Source of the DNA: a virus
Reading direction: 5' to 3' (one strand)
DNA: 64,000 bases
IMG/VR virus record: IMGVR_UViG_3300023180_005138
Coordinates: 1 to 64,000 of that record
The position numbers were made by a program, and so were the translations under genes. Shown piece after piece: positions 35,678 to 44,305 of the stretch. Under the pieces are notes generated by a model that was not told the DNA's origin, did no database searches, and was given only the letters and a program-made list of their open reading frames with translations. The stretch's first letter is position 1. Every line of letters begins with the position of its first letter.

Positions 35678-36124
35678 ATGATAGATTGGAAAATCTTAAA
35701 CTATTTAAATAAGCAAAAATATAAACGTATTTTACTTATTACAAAAAATTATAACCAAATAAAAAAATTTGTAAATAACCCCTGTATAACAGTAATTGAA
35801 GAAAAAAATTTTCTTGAACATTATCCAGAAAATGCGTATCATATAATTTCGACCTGGGAATTATTGTCTGAGGGGGCATCGGTATTTATCTATACCTATT
35901 TAGCAAAAATGAATCATCTCTTAAGAGATGATGGTCAGCTCTATTTAAGAGTTCTTCACAATCAAAATCATTTCGTTGAATTTGATACCCCTCCTTTTTG
36001 TTGGAATATAGAAAGAATAGACTCTTTTGGAAAAACAAAAGGTCTTAAACTATATAAAGAAGCACAAAAAATTACTACTAAAAAAGCTTCTTTCTTACGA
36101 TTTAGGTATATTCCAGCCATCTAA
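35678..36124 (+). CDS. Hypothetical protein
   Basis: ORF; possibly degenerate methyltransferase fold (LLRDDGQLYL). Confidence 0.5.
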   Translation: MIDWKILNYLNKQKYKRILLITKNYNQIKKFVNNPCITVIEEKNFLEHYPENAYHIISTWELLSEGASVFIYTYLAKMNHLLRDDGQLYLRVLHNQNHFVEFDTPPFCWNIERIDSFGKTKGLKLYKEAQKITTKKASFLRFRYIPAI

Positions 36125-36138
36125 ATTTCAATTAATTA

Positions 36139-36168
36139 TTGCCTATCGGTTAAAACTTATTGTATAAT
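36139..36168 (+). promoter_or_regulatory. Promoter for ligase
   Basis: TTGCCT-18-TATAAT. Confidence 0.55.
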
Positions 36169-36197
36169 TTTTATACAATAAAACGGATAACTATTTT

Positions 36198-37934
36198 ATG
36201 ACATACGAAGAATTAAAAGAACTGGTTGCCCATCACTGCCACTTATACTACGATATAAATCGTCCTGAGTTAAGTGATGCAGAATTTGATCAACTATATG
36301 ATAAACTGGTAAAAGTAGAAACAGATCAAGGATGGCATGATGCAGATTCTCCTACCGTTCGTGTAGGCGGTACAGCTGGTAAAGTGCGTCATCCATATAA
36401 ATTATACTCTCTTCGCAAAGTATATGATGAAGAAGAGATTGAAGACAAATTTATAGTTGAGACTCCTAAAATGGATGGAGCCAACTTAACAATTATCTAT
36501 AAAAATGGAAAACCTTCTATGGCTCTAACTCGCGGAAATGGTGAGTTTGGAGAAGATGTATCACATCTAATTCCAGGAATATTAGGTATTCCAGAACTTA
36601 TTGCCGGAGATGTCGCTGTAAACGGCGAATGTGTAACCGACAATGAAGTAGATAATTTTAGAAATTACGTTAGCGGAGCACTTGGTCTACTTGATCTTGA
36701 AGAGTTTCGTTCTCGTAATATTAGATTTATTGCACATGAACTTTTAGGTGTGGCTATGAATTACACCAATAAAATGAAAGTTCTATCTGCATCGTTGTTC
36801 CATACAGTTTTCGATGAGGAATTGTGTTCAAAGTATCCTCAAGACGGATTAGTGTATAGAATTGATGATTGGAGAGAGTGTGAAAGGCTAGGATATACCT
36901 CTAAATATCCGCGGTTCGCTGTTGCTCTTAAAGAAAAAGAGAGTCTTACAGCCACAACAACACTACAAGATGTGATTTGGGTTGTTGGTAGAACTGGAAC
37001 TGTTAATCCCACGGGCATAGTAGACCCGGTTGAACTTGACGGTGCGACGGTAAGTCGCGTAACTCTTCACAATATAGAATTCATCGAAAGTCATGACTTG
37101 GGCCTTGGCGACCTGATACAGATCGAAAGAGCAGGCGGGGTGATTCCGAAGTTTAATAGAGTACTCCAGCACTCACAACATAATCTAAAAATTAAACAAA
37201 GACATGCCGAAGAGAGCATTGGACACGCTCTTCGTAAAGTCGGCCCAAAGTTATTTGTAACTGATGCTTCGCAACACAGTACAAGTAAGTTGCTAGAACA
37301 TTTTATCAAGACCCTTGAAATCAAGGGACTTGGCCCTGCGTCCGTGTCTAAAATGGGACTACTTCATCCGATTGACCTTTTTGACAATCAAGATTGGAGC
37401 CTTCTTGGGGCAAATGGCGAAAAAGTTGTAGCAGAAATTGAACGTAGCAAGACAAAGCCTTATGAGCTAGTTCTTGCATCTCTGGGTATCCCTGGTGTTG
37501 GAAAAAGAGCTTCTAAGCTAATTGTAAAACACATACCTTCGTTTGATCGGTTGCGAGAGATCGAAACGGTGCAGATACACGGAATCGGGCCTAAAACCGT
37601 AGAAAATCTACTAGTTTGGCTTGACACGAACGAGGAGTGGGTCTATGGGCTTCCTCTTCGTCTAGAGCAGAATCAAAGCATAGACTTCGAGAGTGATTCC
37701 GACGAAGTACGAAAAATTTGCATAACAGGGAAAATGGATATGACCCGTAATGAACTTGCTGAAGTATTAGAAAGCAAGGGATTTAAGGTTACTAACACAG
37801 TCACAAAAGACTGCTATGCTTTGATAACTGCAGGAGATACTAGTAGCAGTAAATATAAAAAAGCTATTAGTAGTGGAATAAAAGTGGTAGACTATTGGGA
37901 AAATAGAACTGAAGTGTTAAACGGTGCTTTTTAA
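36198..37934 (+). CDS. ligA: NAD-dependent DNA ligase, single chain with BRCT
   Basis: LYY...SDAEFD, KMDG, TRGNG.FGEDV, DGLV, RFAVALK, VGRTG, TLHN, C-terminal BRCT (ITG...R). Confidence 0.95.
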   Translation: MTYEELKELVAHHCHLYYDINRPELSDAEFDQLYDKLVKVETDQGWHDADSPTVRVGGTAGKVRHPYKLYSLRKVYDEEEIEDKFIVETPKMDGANLTIIYKNGKPSMALTRGNGEFGEDVSHLIPGILGIPELIAGDVAVNGECVTDNEVDNFRNYVSGALGLLDLEEFRSRNIRFIAHELLGVAMNYTNKMKVLSASLFHTVFDEELCSKYPQDGLVYRIDDWRECERLGYTSKYPRFAVALKEKESLTATTTLQDVIWVVGRTGTVNPTGIVDPVELDGATVSRVTLHNIEFIESHDLGLGDLIQIERAGGVIPKFNRVLQHSQHNLKIKQRHAEESIGHALRKVGPKLFVTDASQHSTSKLLEHFIKTLEIKGLGPASVSKMGLLHPIDLFDNQDWSLLGANGEKVVAEIERSKTKPYELVLASLGIPGVGKRASKLIVKHIPSFDRLREIETVQIHGIGPKTVENLLVWLDTNEEWVYGLPLRLEQNQSIDFESDSDEVRKICITGKMDMTRNELAEVLESKGFKVTNTVTKDCYALITAGDTSSSKYKKAISSGIKVVDYWENRTEVLNGAF

Positions 37935-37979
37935 TGATTTTCACAAAAGACCAAAAGACTAAATACTGTCACATTAATC

Positions 37980-38008
37980 TTGCTCTATCATCTTTTAACT
38001 GCTATAAT
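37980..38008 (+). promoter_or_regulatory. Promoter for D5-like gene
   Basis: TTGCTC-17-TATAAT with extended TG; 5' hairpin TGAGAG/CTCTCA follows. Confidence 0.7.
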
Positions 38009-38081
38009 CCTTTTATGACGTTGAGAGAAAAACTCTCAGTCAGAAAAAACCAAAATAACTACTGACAAATAAGGAGAAAAC

Positions 38082-38762
38082 ATGTCTAAGTTTGAATACA
38101 CTGATGAAATGGTCACCCGCATGAATGATGTCTGCGGCAGTGGCGTAACTGAGGATATTATCGAGTCACTTTGTGACGAGTTTGAGTTTCCTCGTCGTTC
38201 TGTAACTGCAAAGCTACGTAAGCTTGGTTACGACGTTCCTAAGAAGCCAGGTGCAGCACCTGTCTTTACCGCAGATGAGACTGATGCTCTCGCTGCTTAT
38301 CTTGAAGCTAACTCTGGTAACCAGACAGCTGAAGAGATTGCTGCTGGATTCGCGGACGGTAAGTTTACCGCTCGTCAGATTAATGGTAAGGCTCTCTCAC
38401 TAGAGATGACCTCACACATTAAGCCCGCTGAGAAGAAGGTTACACCTAAGACCTACTCTGCTGAAGAGGAAGAGAAGATTGCTTCTATGGTCGAAGATGG
38501 TGCGTTCCTTGAGGACATTGCCGAGGCAGTCGGCAAGACCGCTAACTCAGTTCGTGGTAAGCTTCTAAGCATGGGTCTTAAGGCCGAGCAGAAGAACAAG
38601 AAGGGTACTAAGGCCGATCCTTATGAAGGTATCGAAGATATGCTTGACCAGTCAGTTGAGCAGATTGCTGAGAACTTTGATAAGACAGTCCGTGGTGTCA
38701 AGACAGTTCTAACTCGTCGTGGTCTATCTTGCGCAGACTATACGCCAAAGACAGCTGAGTAA
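38082..38762 (+). CDS. T5 D5-like DNA-binding protein
   Basis: Repeated RSV..KL / RQINGKALSLEMT / SVRGKLLS / RGVKT.L.RRGL units as in T5 D5; SD AAGGAG. Confidence 0.85.
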   Translation: MSKFEYTDEMVTRMNDVCGSGVTEDIIESLCDEFEFPRRSVTAKLRKLGYDVPKKPGAAPVFTADETDALAAYLEANSGNQTAEEIAAGFADGKFTARQINGKALSLEMTSHIKPAEKKVTPKTYSAEEEEKIASMVEDGAFLEDIAEAVGKTANSVRGKLLSMGLKAEQKNKKGTKADPYEGIEDMLDQSVEQIAENFDKTVRGVKTVLTRRGLSCADYTPKTAE

Positions 38763-38782
38763 TCAGTTACACTGTTAGAAAA

Positions 38783-38815
38783 TATAGAGTGGGGTGCTAT
38801 GCACTTCACTCTATA
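38783..38815 (+). terminator. Long hairpin after D5 (terminator or processing site)
   Basis: TATAGAGTG GGGTGC-TAT-GCACTT CACTCTATA; no clean U tract. Confidence 0.5.
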
Positions 38816-38829
38816 AGTGTATCTAAAAT

Positions 38830-39141
38830 ATGGCAGCAAAAGAGTTAACTTTAAACGAGATAGAAGAAGAAAAAATAGACATAGTTTTATCTTTGGATGA
38901 TCAAAGTAAAACAATATTTTTTGATAATTTGATTCAATTACACTATCCTAATATTAAAAGAGAATCGACAGAATATCATAATCTACAAGTACATTATAGA
39001 GCTTGTTGGTTAATGGAAAAGATTTACCGTAATAATGATTTTATGAAAGAGTGTTTTAGTGTAGTATATACAAAAACTGGTTTAATAAGAAATATTTGGA
39101 ATGATTTGTATTACACTGATGACGATTTAATAATACACTAG
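38830..39141 (+). CDS. Hypothetical protein
   Basis: ORF. Confidence 0.55.
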   Translation: MAAKELTLNEIEEEKIDIVLSLDDQSKTIFFDNLIQLHYPNIKRESTEYHNLQVHYRACWLMEKIYRNNDFMKECFSVVYTKTGLIRNIWNDLYYTDDDLIIH

Positions 39142-39149
39142 GAGAATTA

Positions 39150-39911
39150 ATGAAATACGTATTAGTAACTGGAGGATTTGATCCTGTTCATTCTGGACAC
39201 ATAGAGTATTTTAAAGCAGCTAAGAAATTAGGCGATAAATTAATTGTAGGACTAAATTCAGACGAATGGCTTACTCGTAAAAAGGGTAAGCCATTTATGC
39301 CTTTAAAAGAGCGTATTAGTGTGGTAGAAAACTTAAAAATGGTTGACGAAGTTATAACCTGGGATGATTCTGATGGGTCAGCTAGTGCAGCTATTTTTAA
39401 ACTTCGTTGTACTACTGGGAATGATGACTCGATAATTTTTGCTAACGGAGGAGATAGAACAGAGACTAATACTCCTGAGCAAAAGCTATGGAAAGATACA
39501 ATAGGTGTTGAGTTTGCTTTTGGAGTAGGAGGGGGAAAACAAAATTCTTCAAGTGTTATTTTAAATAACTGGGATAAAGAGTTTGCTAACAGGGACTGGG
39601 GTAGTTGGAGTGTTTTAAAAGAATATCCTAATGTAAAAGTAAAAGAATTAGTAGTAAATCCTGGACAGTCATTAAGTATGCAAAGACACCAGCACAGAGA
39701 AGAGTTATGGTTTGTAGCAGCGGGAACTGCTACTGTAGGAACTTTAAATGTCTCAACAGATTATGATCTTTACACCGTAGAAAGGCTTAGTACTACAACA
39801 ATTAGAAAAAAACAATGGCATCAACTACAAAATAAACATGATGAAATACTAAGAGTAGTTGAGATTCAATATGGCGATCTTTGCGAAGAAGACGATATTG
39901 AAAGAAAATAA
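39150..39911 (+). CDS. Cytidylyltransferase (RfaE/TagD-like) fused to mannose-6-phosphate isomerase-type cupin
   Basis: TGGFDPVHSGH, VGLNSD, FANGGDR; then RDWG.W...VKEL.V.PG..LSMQ.H.HR.E.W...VEIQYG..EEDDIER. Confidence 0.88.
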   Translation: MKYVLVTGGFDPVHSGHIEYFKAAKKLGDKLIVGLNSDEWLTRKKGKPFMPLKERISVVENLKMVDEVITWDDSDGSASAAIFKLRCTTGNDDSIIFANGGDRTETNTPEQKLWKDTIGVEFAFGVGGGKQNSSSVILNNWDKEFANRDWGSWSVLKEYPNVKVKELVVNPGQSLSMQRHQHREELWFVAAGTATVGTLNVSTDYDLYTVERLSTTTIRKKQWHQLQNKHDEILRVVEIQYGDLCEEDDIERK

Positions 39912-39914
39912 CGT

Positions 39915-39943
39915 TTGACTATTACTCTAACTTATTGTAAAAT
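39915..39943 (+). promoter_or_regulatory. Promoter for uvsE
   Basis: TTGACT-17-TAAAAT. Confidence 0.7.
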
Positions 39944-39967
39944 AGTAAAAAATAAGTAGGAGATAAT

Positions 39968-41065
39968 ATGTATTTTAACCAATCACAAACTGATTGGCGC
40001 ATTTCCCAATGCTGCCAATTTCACGATAAATCACTAGCTAAACGATACAATTTCGGAACAACGACAAAAACCTACGCTCTTAAAGACGGAGGTAAAGAAC
40101 GTGTTCAATCTAAAGCTATTGAAAATTGTACAAAACTAGTAGATATTCTTTCTACATATTTTACAAAACAACCTAAGAATTTGCGCTGTTTCAGAATCTC
40201 TTCTGAGCTGTTTCCTTGCTATACGCTAGAGTTTACAAAGCCTTGGTATGAAGAAATCATGCCAGAGATTTCTAAACTCCTAAAACAAGCAGGTGACATT
40301 GCTAAAGAGCATGAAATTCGTTTGTCTGTTCATCCAGGACAGTATACAGTTCTTGCATCTAATAATCCACAGGTAGTTGAAAACTCCGTTAAAGATCTAG
40401 AATACCATGCTTTATATGGTATTCTAATGGGTATCCCTGCTAAAGATTTTGCAATGAATATTCACCTTCAAGGGCTATATGGAGGCAAACACATTGATGG
40501 TATTAAGCGTTTCGCTACACATTTCGACTATCTTTCAGACTATGCTAAAGAATGTCTCACTGTTGAAAATGAAGACAAACCAAACGGATACGATATTGAA
40601 CATACACTAGAGCTTGCCCAACGAGTTCCTATTAGAACTTGCCTAGACATTCATCATTATGCTTGCCATCGTATGCGTACCTCTGAAAAAGCTATCAATT
40701 CATCAGGTAAAGAAGTTAATAAAAAGATTAGGGATGAAGTTACCCATATTACTGTGAATGATGATTTCTTCAAAGAAGCAGTAAAAACATGGGGTGATGT
40801 ACGTCCTCTATTTCATAAATCTCAGTCTTTTCCGATAGATAATGAAGATTACTGGATGAAGCCAAATGCACACTCTGATATGTATCATGATGAAGAGTTG
40901 ATGTCCTTGGCTATTCCAATGCTTGAGTATGCAGATTTTGAAGTAGAAGCTAAAAACAAAGAAGTTGCAGTGCAACACTTTTACAAATTTATACAAGACG
41001 AAGAGTCTATGGCAGGAGAAACCCTAACATGCAAAACTTTTGGAAATACTGGTGTAAAGCAATAG
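39968..41065 (+). CDS. uvsE: UV damage endonuclease UvsE/UVDE
   Basis: FRISSELFP, RLSVHPGQYTVL.S, ENED, LDIHH, P.FH.S, HSD, EAK.KE. Confidence 0.9.
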   Translation: MYFNQSQTDWRISQCCQFHDKSLAKRYNFGTTTKTYALKDGGKERVQSKAIENCTKLVDILSTYFTKQPKNLRCFRISSELFPCYTLEFTKPWYEEIMPEISKLLKQAGDIAKEHEIRLSVHPGQYTVLASNNPQVVENSVKDLEYHALYGILMGIPAKDFAMNIHLQGLYGGKHIDGIKRFATHFDYLSDYAKECLTVENEDKPNGYDIEHTLELAQRVPIRTCLDIHHYACHRMRTSEKAINSSGKEVNKKIRDEVTHITVNDDFFKEAVKTWGDVRPLFHKSQSFPIDNEDYWMKPNAHSDMYHDEELMSLAIPMLEYADFEVEAKNKEVAVQHFYKFIQDEESMAGETLTCKTFGNTGVKQ

Positions 41066-41187
41066 GTCAAAAAGCGTATGAAGATAATAAACAAGCAGAT
41101 CGAGTAGCTATTATTCGTACCTGTTGGATTATATTACATATTATAACGTGTTTTGCAATTATCGCAAATGCGGTAAGACACTGGTAA
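41029..41187 (+). CDS. Small membrane protein (52 aa)
   Basis: Hand-found MQNFWKYWCKAIGQKAYEDNKQADRVAIIRTCWIILHIITCFAIIANAVRHW; SD AGGAG. Confidence 0.6.
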   Translation: MQNFWKYWCKAIGQKAYEDNKQADRVAIIRTCWIILHIITCFAIIANAVRHW

Positions 41188-41199
41188 TTTACATTTTAA

Positions 41200-41228
41200 T
41201 TGACATGTATTCTTCTTTATGTTAAAAT
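41200..41228 (+). promoter_or_regulatory. Promoter for replication operon
   Basis: TTGACA-17-TAAAAT. Confidence 0.75.
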
Positions 41229-41250
41229 AAAGAAAAATAGGAGATTGACT

Positions 41251-42027
41251 ATGGCTAGGAAGCCAACAACAAACGAAATTTCAGAAACAAAAATTAGACA
41301 AGCTATCTGGATGGTAAAAGCAAATAAGACTAAAAAGTCTATTTGTGAACATCTTGGTATTGCTTACAACACAAAACGTCTCGACAATATTATTAACGAG
41401 TTTCAAGACAAAGAAAACAGACTAAAAGAGCTAAAAAAGAAACGCTCTAAAACTCCGTTTACCACAGAAGAAAAGAAAAGTATTGTAGACGATTATAATA
41501 ATGGCGAGAGTCAATCTGCCATTGCTACTCGTTTATATGCTTCTCCTCAGAGAATTAAAAACGTTCTAATCGAAATGAACGTTCCTATTCGCGCCCGATC
41601 TAAAACTGGCGAAGCAAAAGTAGATCACGTTGTTCAAGACTTAGACGTTATCTTTAAAAAAGAAGATAGAGTATTTATTCCAAAAATTAACGCTTTTGGA
41701 AAAGTAAAAGAAGTATTTGATGAAGAATGGATTGATTATCATAGACAGCCAGAACGTCGTCGATACGTAGAACTTCACGCACTAGAAGAAGCTAAGAAAC
41801 GGTATGGAGAAACGTTTGAAGGCCGTGAAGATGTACACTGGAATATTTACTGGCAATATGATAACGGAACTGAATGGAAAGAGTCTGCTATAAAGTATAA
41901 AATCGGTCAAGTAGAAAATATAATAGAAGAAACCGGTAGAGAGTACTATTCACTATTTGTAGACGGAGACTACGGACATTTTAGGAATGAAAAACGAGAA
42001 AATCTTTTCCCTGTAAAGAGTAATTAA
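41251..42027 (+). CDS. Hypothetical HTH-containing protein
   Basis: Start moved to ATG 41251 (SD AGGAG); two HTH-like segments (SICEHLGI; SQSAIATRL). Confidence 0.65.
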   Translation: MARKPTTNEISETKIRQAIWMVKANKTKKSICEHLGIAYNTKRLDNIINEFQDKENRLKELKKKRSKTPFTTEEKKSIVDDYNNGESQSAIATRLYASPQRIKNVLIEMNVPIRARSKTGEAKVDHVVQDLDVIFKKEDRVFIPKINAFGKVKEVFDEEWIDYHRQPERRRYVELHALEEAKKRYGETFEGREDVHWNIYWQYDNGTEWKESAIKYKIGQVENIIEETGREYYSLFVDGDYGHFRNEKRENLFPVKSN

Positions 42028-43427
42028 TGGCACTAGACTTACAAAAACTTGCTATCCGAAGATTGTTGGATGGCAAAGACCCTGATTTTTATTCTAAATT
42101 AACCCCTGTGTACTTCACAGGGGCTAATTCTGCTTTGTTCAATAGAGTTCAAACATTTTACAAAGCTAATATTAGAATTCCAACTTTAGATGAGTTTCAG
42201 GTATTAAAGAAAGAATCCTCTCTTCAAGAGTATTTTGATACTCAAATTCTTGATGAAGATAATAAATATGATGAAGTTGCAGATGAATTTTTGGTCGGGC
42301 AACTACAGGATTACTATATCCGAGAAGAAACTATTGGATTCTTAGACAAATTTATTAATGATTTATCAGAACTAGAAAAAGTAGAAATAGTAGATCAACT
42401 ACAAACTCATTTATTAAATCTAAATAAGGCTCTTCCAATGACGGACGAGCTTTACGATGTTGCAGATCTAGATTTCTTTCCAAATCCTGATGATTTTATA
42501 TTACATCCGTCTGGATTAAGTGCTGAGTATGACTCTGCAAATGGAGGGCTTGCGCTACAAGAACTGGTATTACTTGGAGGGCGTCGAGGCTCTGGTAAAT
42601 CTATTATAAGTTTAAATCTAGCTATAAATAGGTTTTTACAAGGTAATACTATTGCATTTTTTACAATCGAAATGCGATATAAAGAAGTTTATGATCGTCT
42701 ACTAAGTATTCTTAGTGGAGTTCCTTTTCTATCTATTTTTAAGAATGAACTATCTAATGATCAAAAACTATCCCTTGTAAAAGCAAAGATTGATAATTTT
42801 TATGCTAAAGATTCAGTCATTGATGATTGGTACAAAGAATTATATTCTACAAAAGATTTTAAGAAGTTTGAGAAACGAGTAAAGTCGGAAAAACCTCCTT
42901 TACGAGACAATAGATTTTTTATTATTGATGATGAAGGACTGACCCTTAATCGTATTGATCATTATTGTAATATGTTTTCTAATCAATATGATAAATTTAA
43001 TATGGCTGTTGTAGATTATATTAATATTATTAAACATGACGACTCTAAAGACTGGAAAACACAAATTGTATTAGCAGAAGCTTTAAAAGGTATGAGTCGT
43101 AAATTTAATCTTACAATGCTGTCTCCTTATCAGATTGACGCAACTGGTGAAGCCCGATTTGCTAAAGGTATTCTTGATAGTGCAGATAGAAGTTTCGCTT
43201 TCTTTCCAGCAAAAGAAGGAGATGATAGAGCGCAAGAAAATAAGCTACAGATTCATACAACAAAGATTCGTAATGGTAAGCATATGAGTTTTGATGTTTA
43301 TATGGATTGGGCTTGTGTAAAAATTGACCCATCTCAAAGTCAGTCTATTAATGCCGCTCCGCATCGTGGAGCAATGTACGGAGACGATGAGAACGGAAAA
43401 TCATCAGAAGTGAGTCGCGACCTATGA
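42027..43427 (+). CDS. Replicative DNA helicase (T5 D6/DnaB-like)
   Basis: GGRRGSGKS Walker A, FFTIEM, VVDYIN, SPYQ, RFAKGILD.AD. Confidence 0.92.
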   Translation: MALDLQKLAIRRLLDGKDPDFYSKLTPVYFTGANSALFNRVQTFYKANIRIPTLDEFQVLKKESSLQEYFDTQILDEDNKYDEVADEFLVGQLQDYYIREETIGFLDKFINDLSELEKVEIVDQLQTHLLNLNKALPMTDELYDVADLDFFPNPDDFILHPSGLSAEYDSANGGLALQELVLLGGRRGSGKSIISLNLAINRFLQGNTIAFFTIEMRYKEVYDRLLSILSGVPFLSIFKNELSNDQKLSLVKAKIDNFYAKDSVIDDWYKELYSTKDFKKFEKRVKSEKPPLRDNRFFIIDDEGLTLNRIDHYCNMFSNQYDKFNMAVVDYINIIKHDDSKDWKTQIVLAEALKGMSRKFNLTMLSPYQIDATGEARFAKGILDSADRSFAFFPAKEGDDRAQENKLQIHTTKIRNGKHMSFDVYMDWACVKIDPSQSQSINAAPHRGAMYGDDENGKSSEVSRDL

Positions 43428-44305
43428 ACATGATTGATGTTTTAGAGCAGCACGGATTAAACTATGAAAAAACTAATAATCCAATAGAAATTGTTTTACA
43501 ATGCACTTCTGGTAATCATGCAGATAACAGACCAAGTATGATGTATAACTTAGATAAAGATATATTTCATTGTTGGTCCTGCGGTTTCAAAGGAACAAAA
43601 CGTCGTTTTCTACAAAGTATTGGTATAAATACCGATATACCTTTTGATAGTAAACAGCCTTTTAAAATTCAAAAATTACGCGATAAATTAAATGAAGTAA
43701 TGTTTGAAGATAATATGACAGTTCCAGAGGATGCTCGGTCTGTTAACGGAACTGTACGCAATATCAGTGCTACCACCTTAAAAGATTTTGAAGCTTTCTT
43801 TACTGAGAAGCTTGGGCTAGAAGATTATATTTGCTTTCCTGTATCACAATTTGGTAAAATAAGATTTATAGAAGGTAGAAACAGATTTGCAAAATCTGAG
43901 AAACCAAAATATTATCGTCGTCCTGCTAAAGCTAGATCATCAGATATACTTTTTCCGTTGGATAAGATAAAAAACAAATCACAACTTATCTTAGTAGAAG
44001 GTTTATTTGATATGCTAAATATGTGGGACAAAGGTTATACCAATACCGTATGCGTATTTGGTGCAACTAACTTCAGTACTCCTAAACTGGAAGTTCTTGA
44101 TAAAATTGGAACAACTTTTGTTGAGATACTATTTGATGGAGATGCTGCAGGAGTATCTGGTGCAAACAAAATAGCAAACCTTTTAGAAAGACGATTTATA
44201 CAGTCAAAAATTATTAAACTACCGTCTGGTAAAGACCCAGGCGACTTAACACAAGATGAATTAAACATGATATTACCAAAGGATAGATATAAAAATGTCA
44301 AATAA
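43424..44305 (+). CDS. DNA primase (Zn finger + TOPRIM)
   Basis: C...H.D..PS...FHCWSCG; LVEGLFD, FDGDAAG, KDPG. Confidence 0.92.
   Translation: MNMIDVLEQHGLNYEKTNNPIEIVLQCTSGNHADNRPSMMYNLDKDIFHCWSCGFKGTKRRFLQSIGINTDIPFDSKQPFKIQKLRDKLNEVMFEDNMTVPEDARSVNGTVRNISATTLKDFEAFFTEKLGLEDYICFPVSQFGKIRFIEGRNRFAKSEKPKYYRRPAKARSSDILFPLDKIKNKSQLILVEGLFDMLNMWDKGYTNTVCVFGATNFSTPKLEVLDKIGTTFVEILFDGDAAGVSGANKIANLLERRFIQSKIIKLPSGKDPGDLTQDELNMILPKDRYKNVK

Noticed and set aside
41200-41250. ORF-track starts at TTG 41200 and 24827, and at ATG 16864
   Set aside because: The TTGs are -35 hexamers (TTGACA) and 16864 lies upstream of a terminator; SD-supported starts lie downstream
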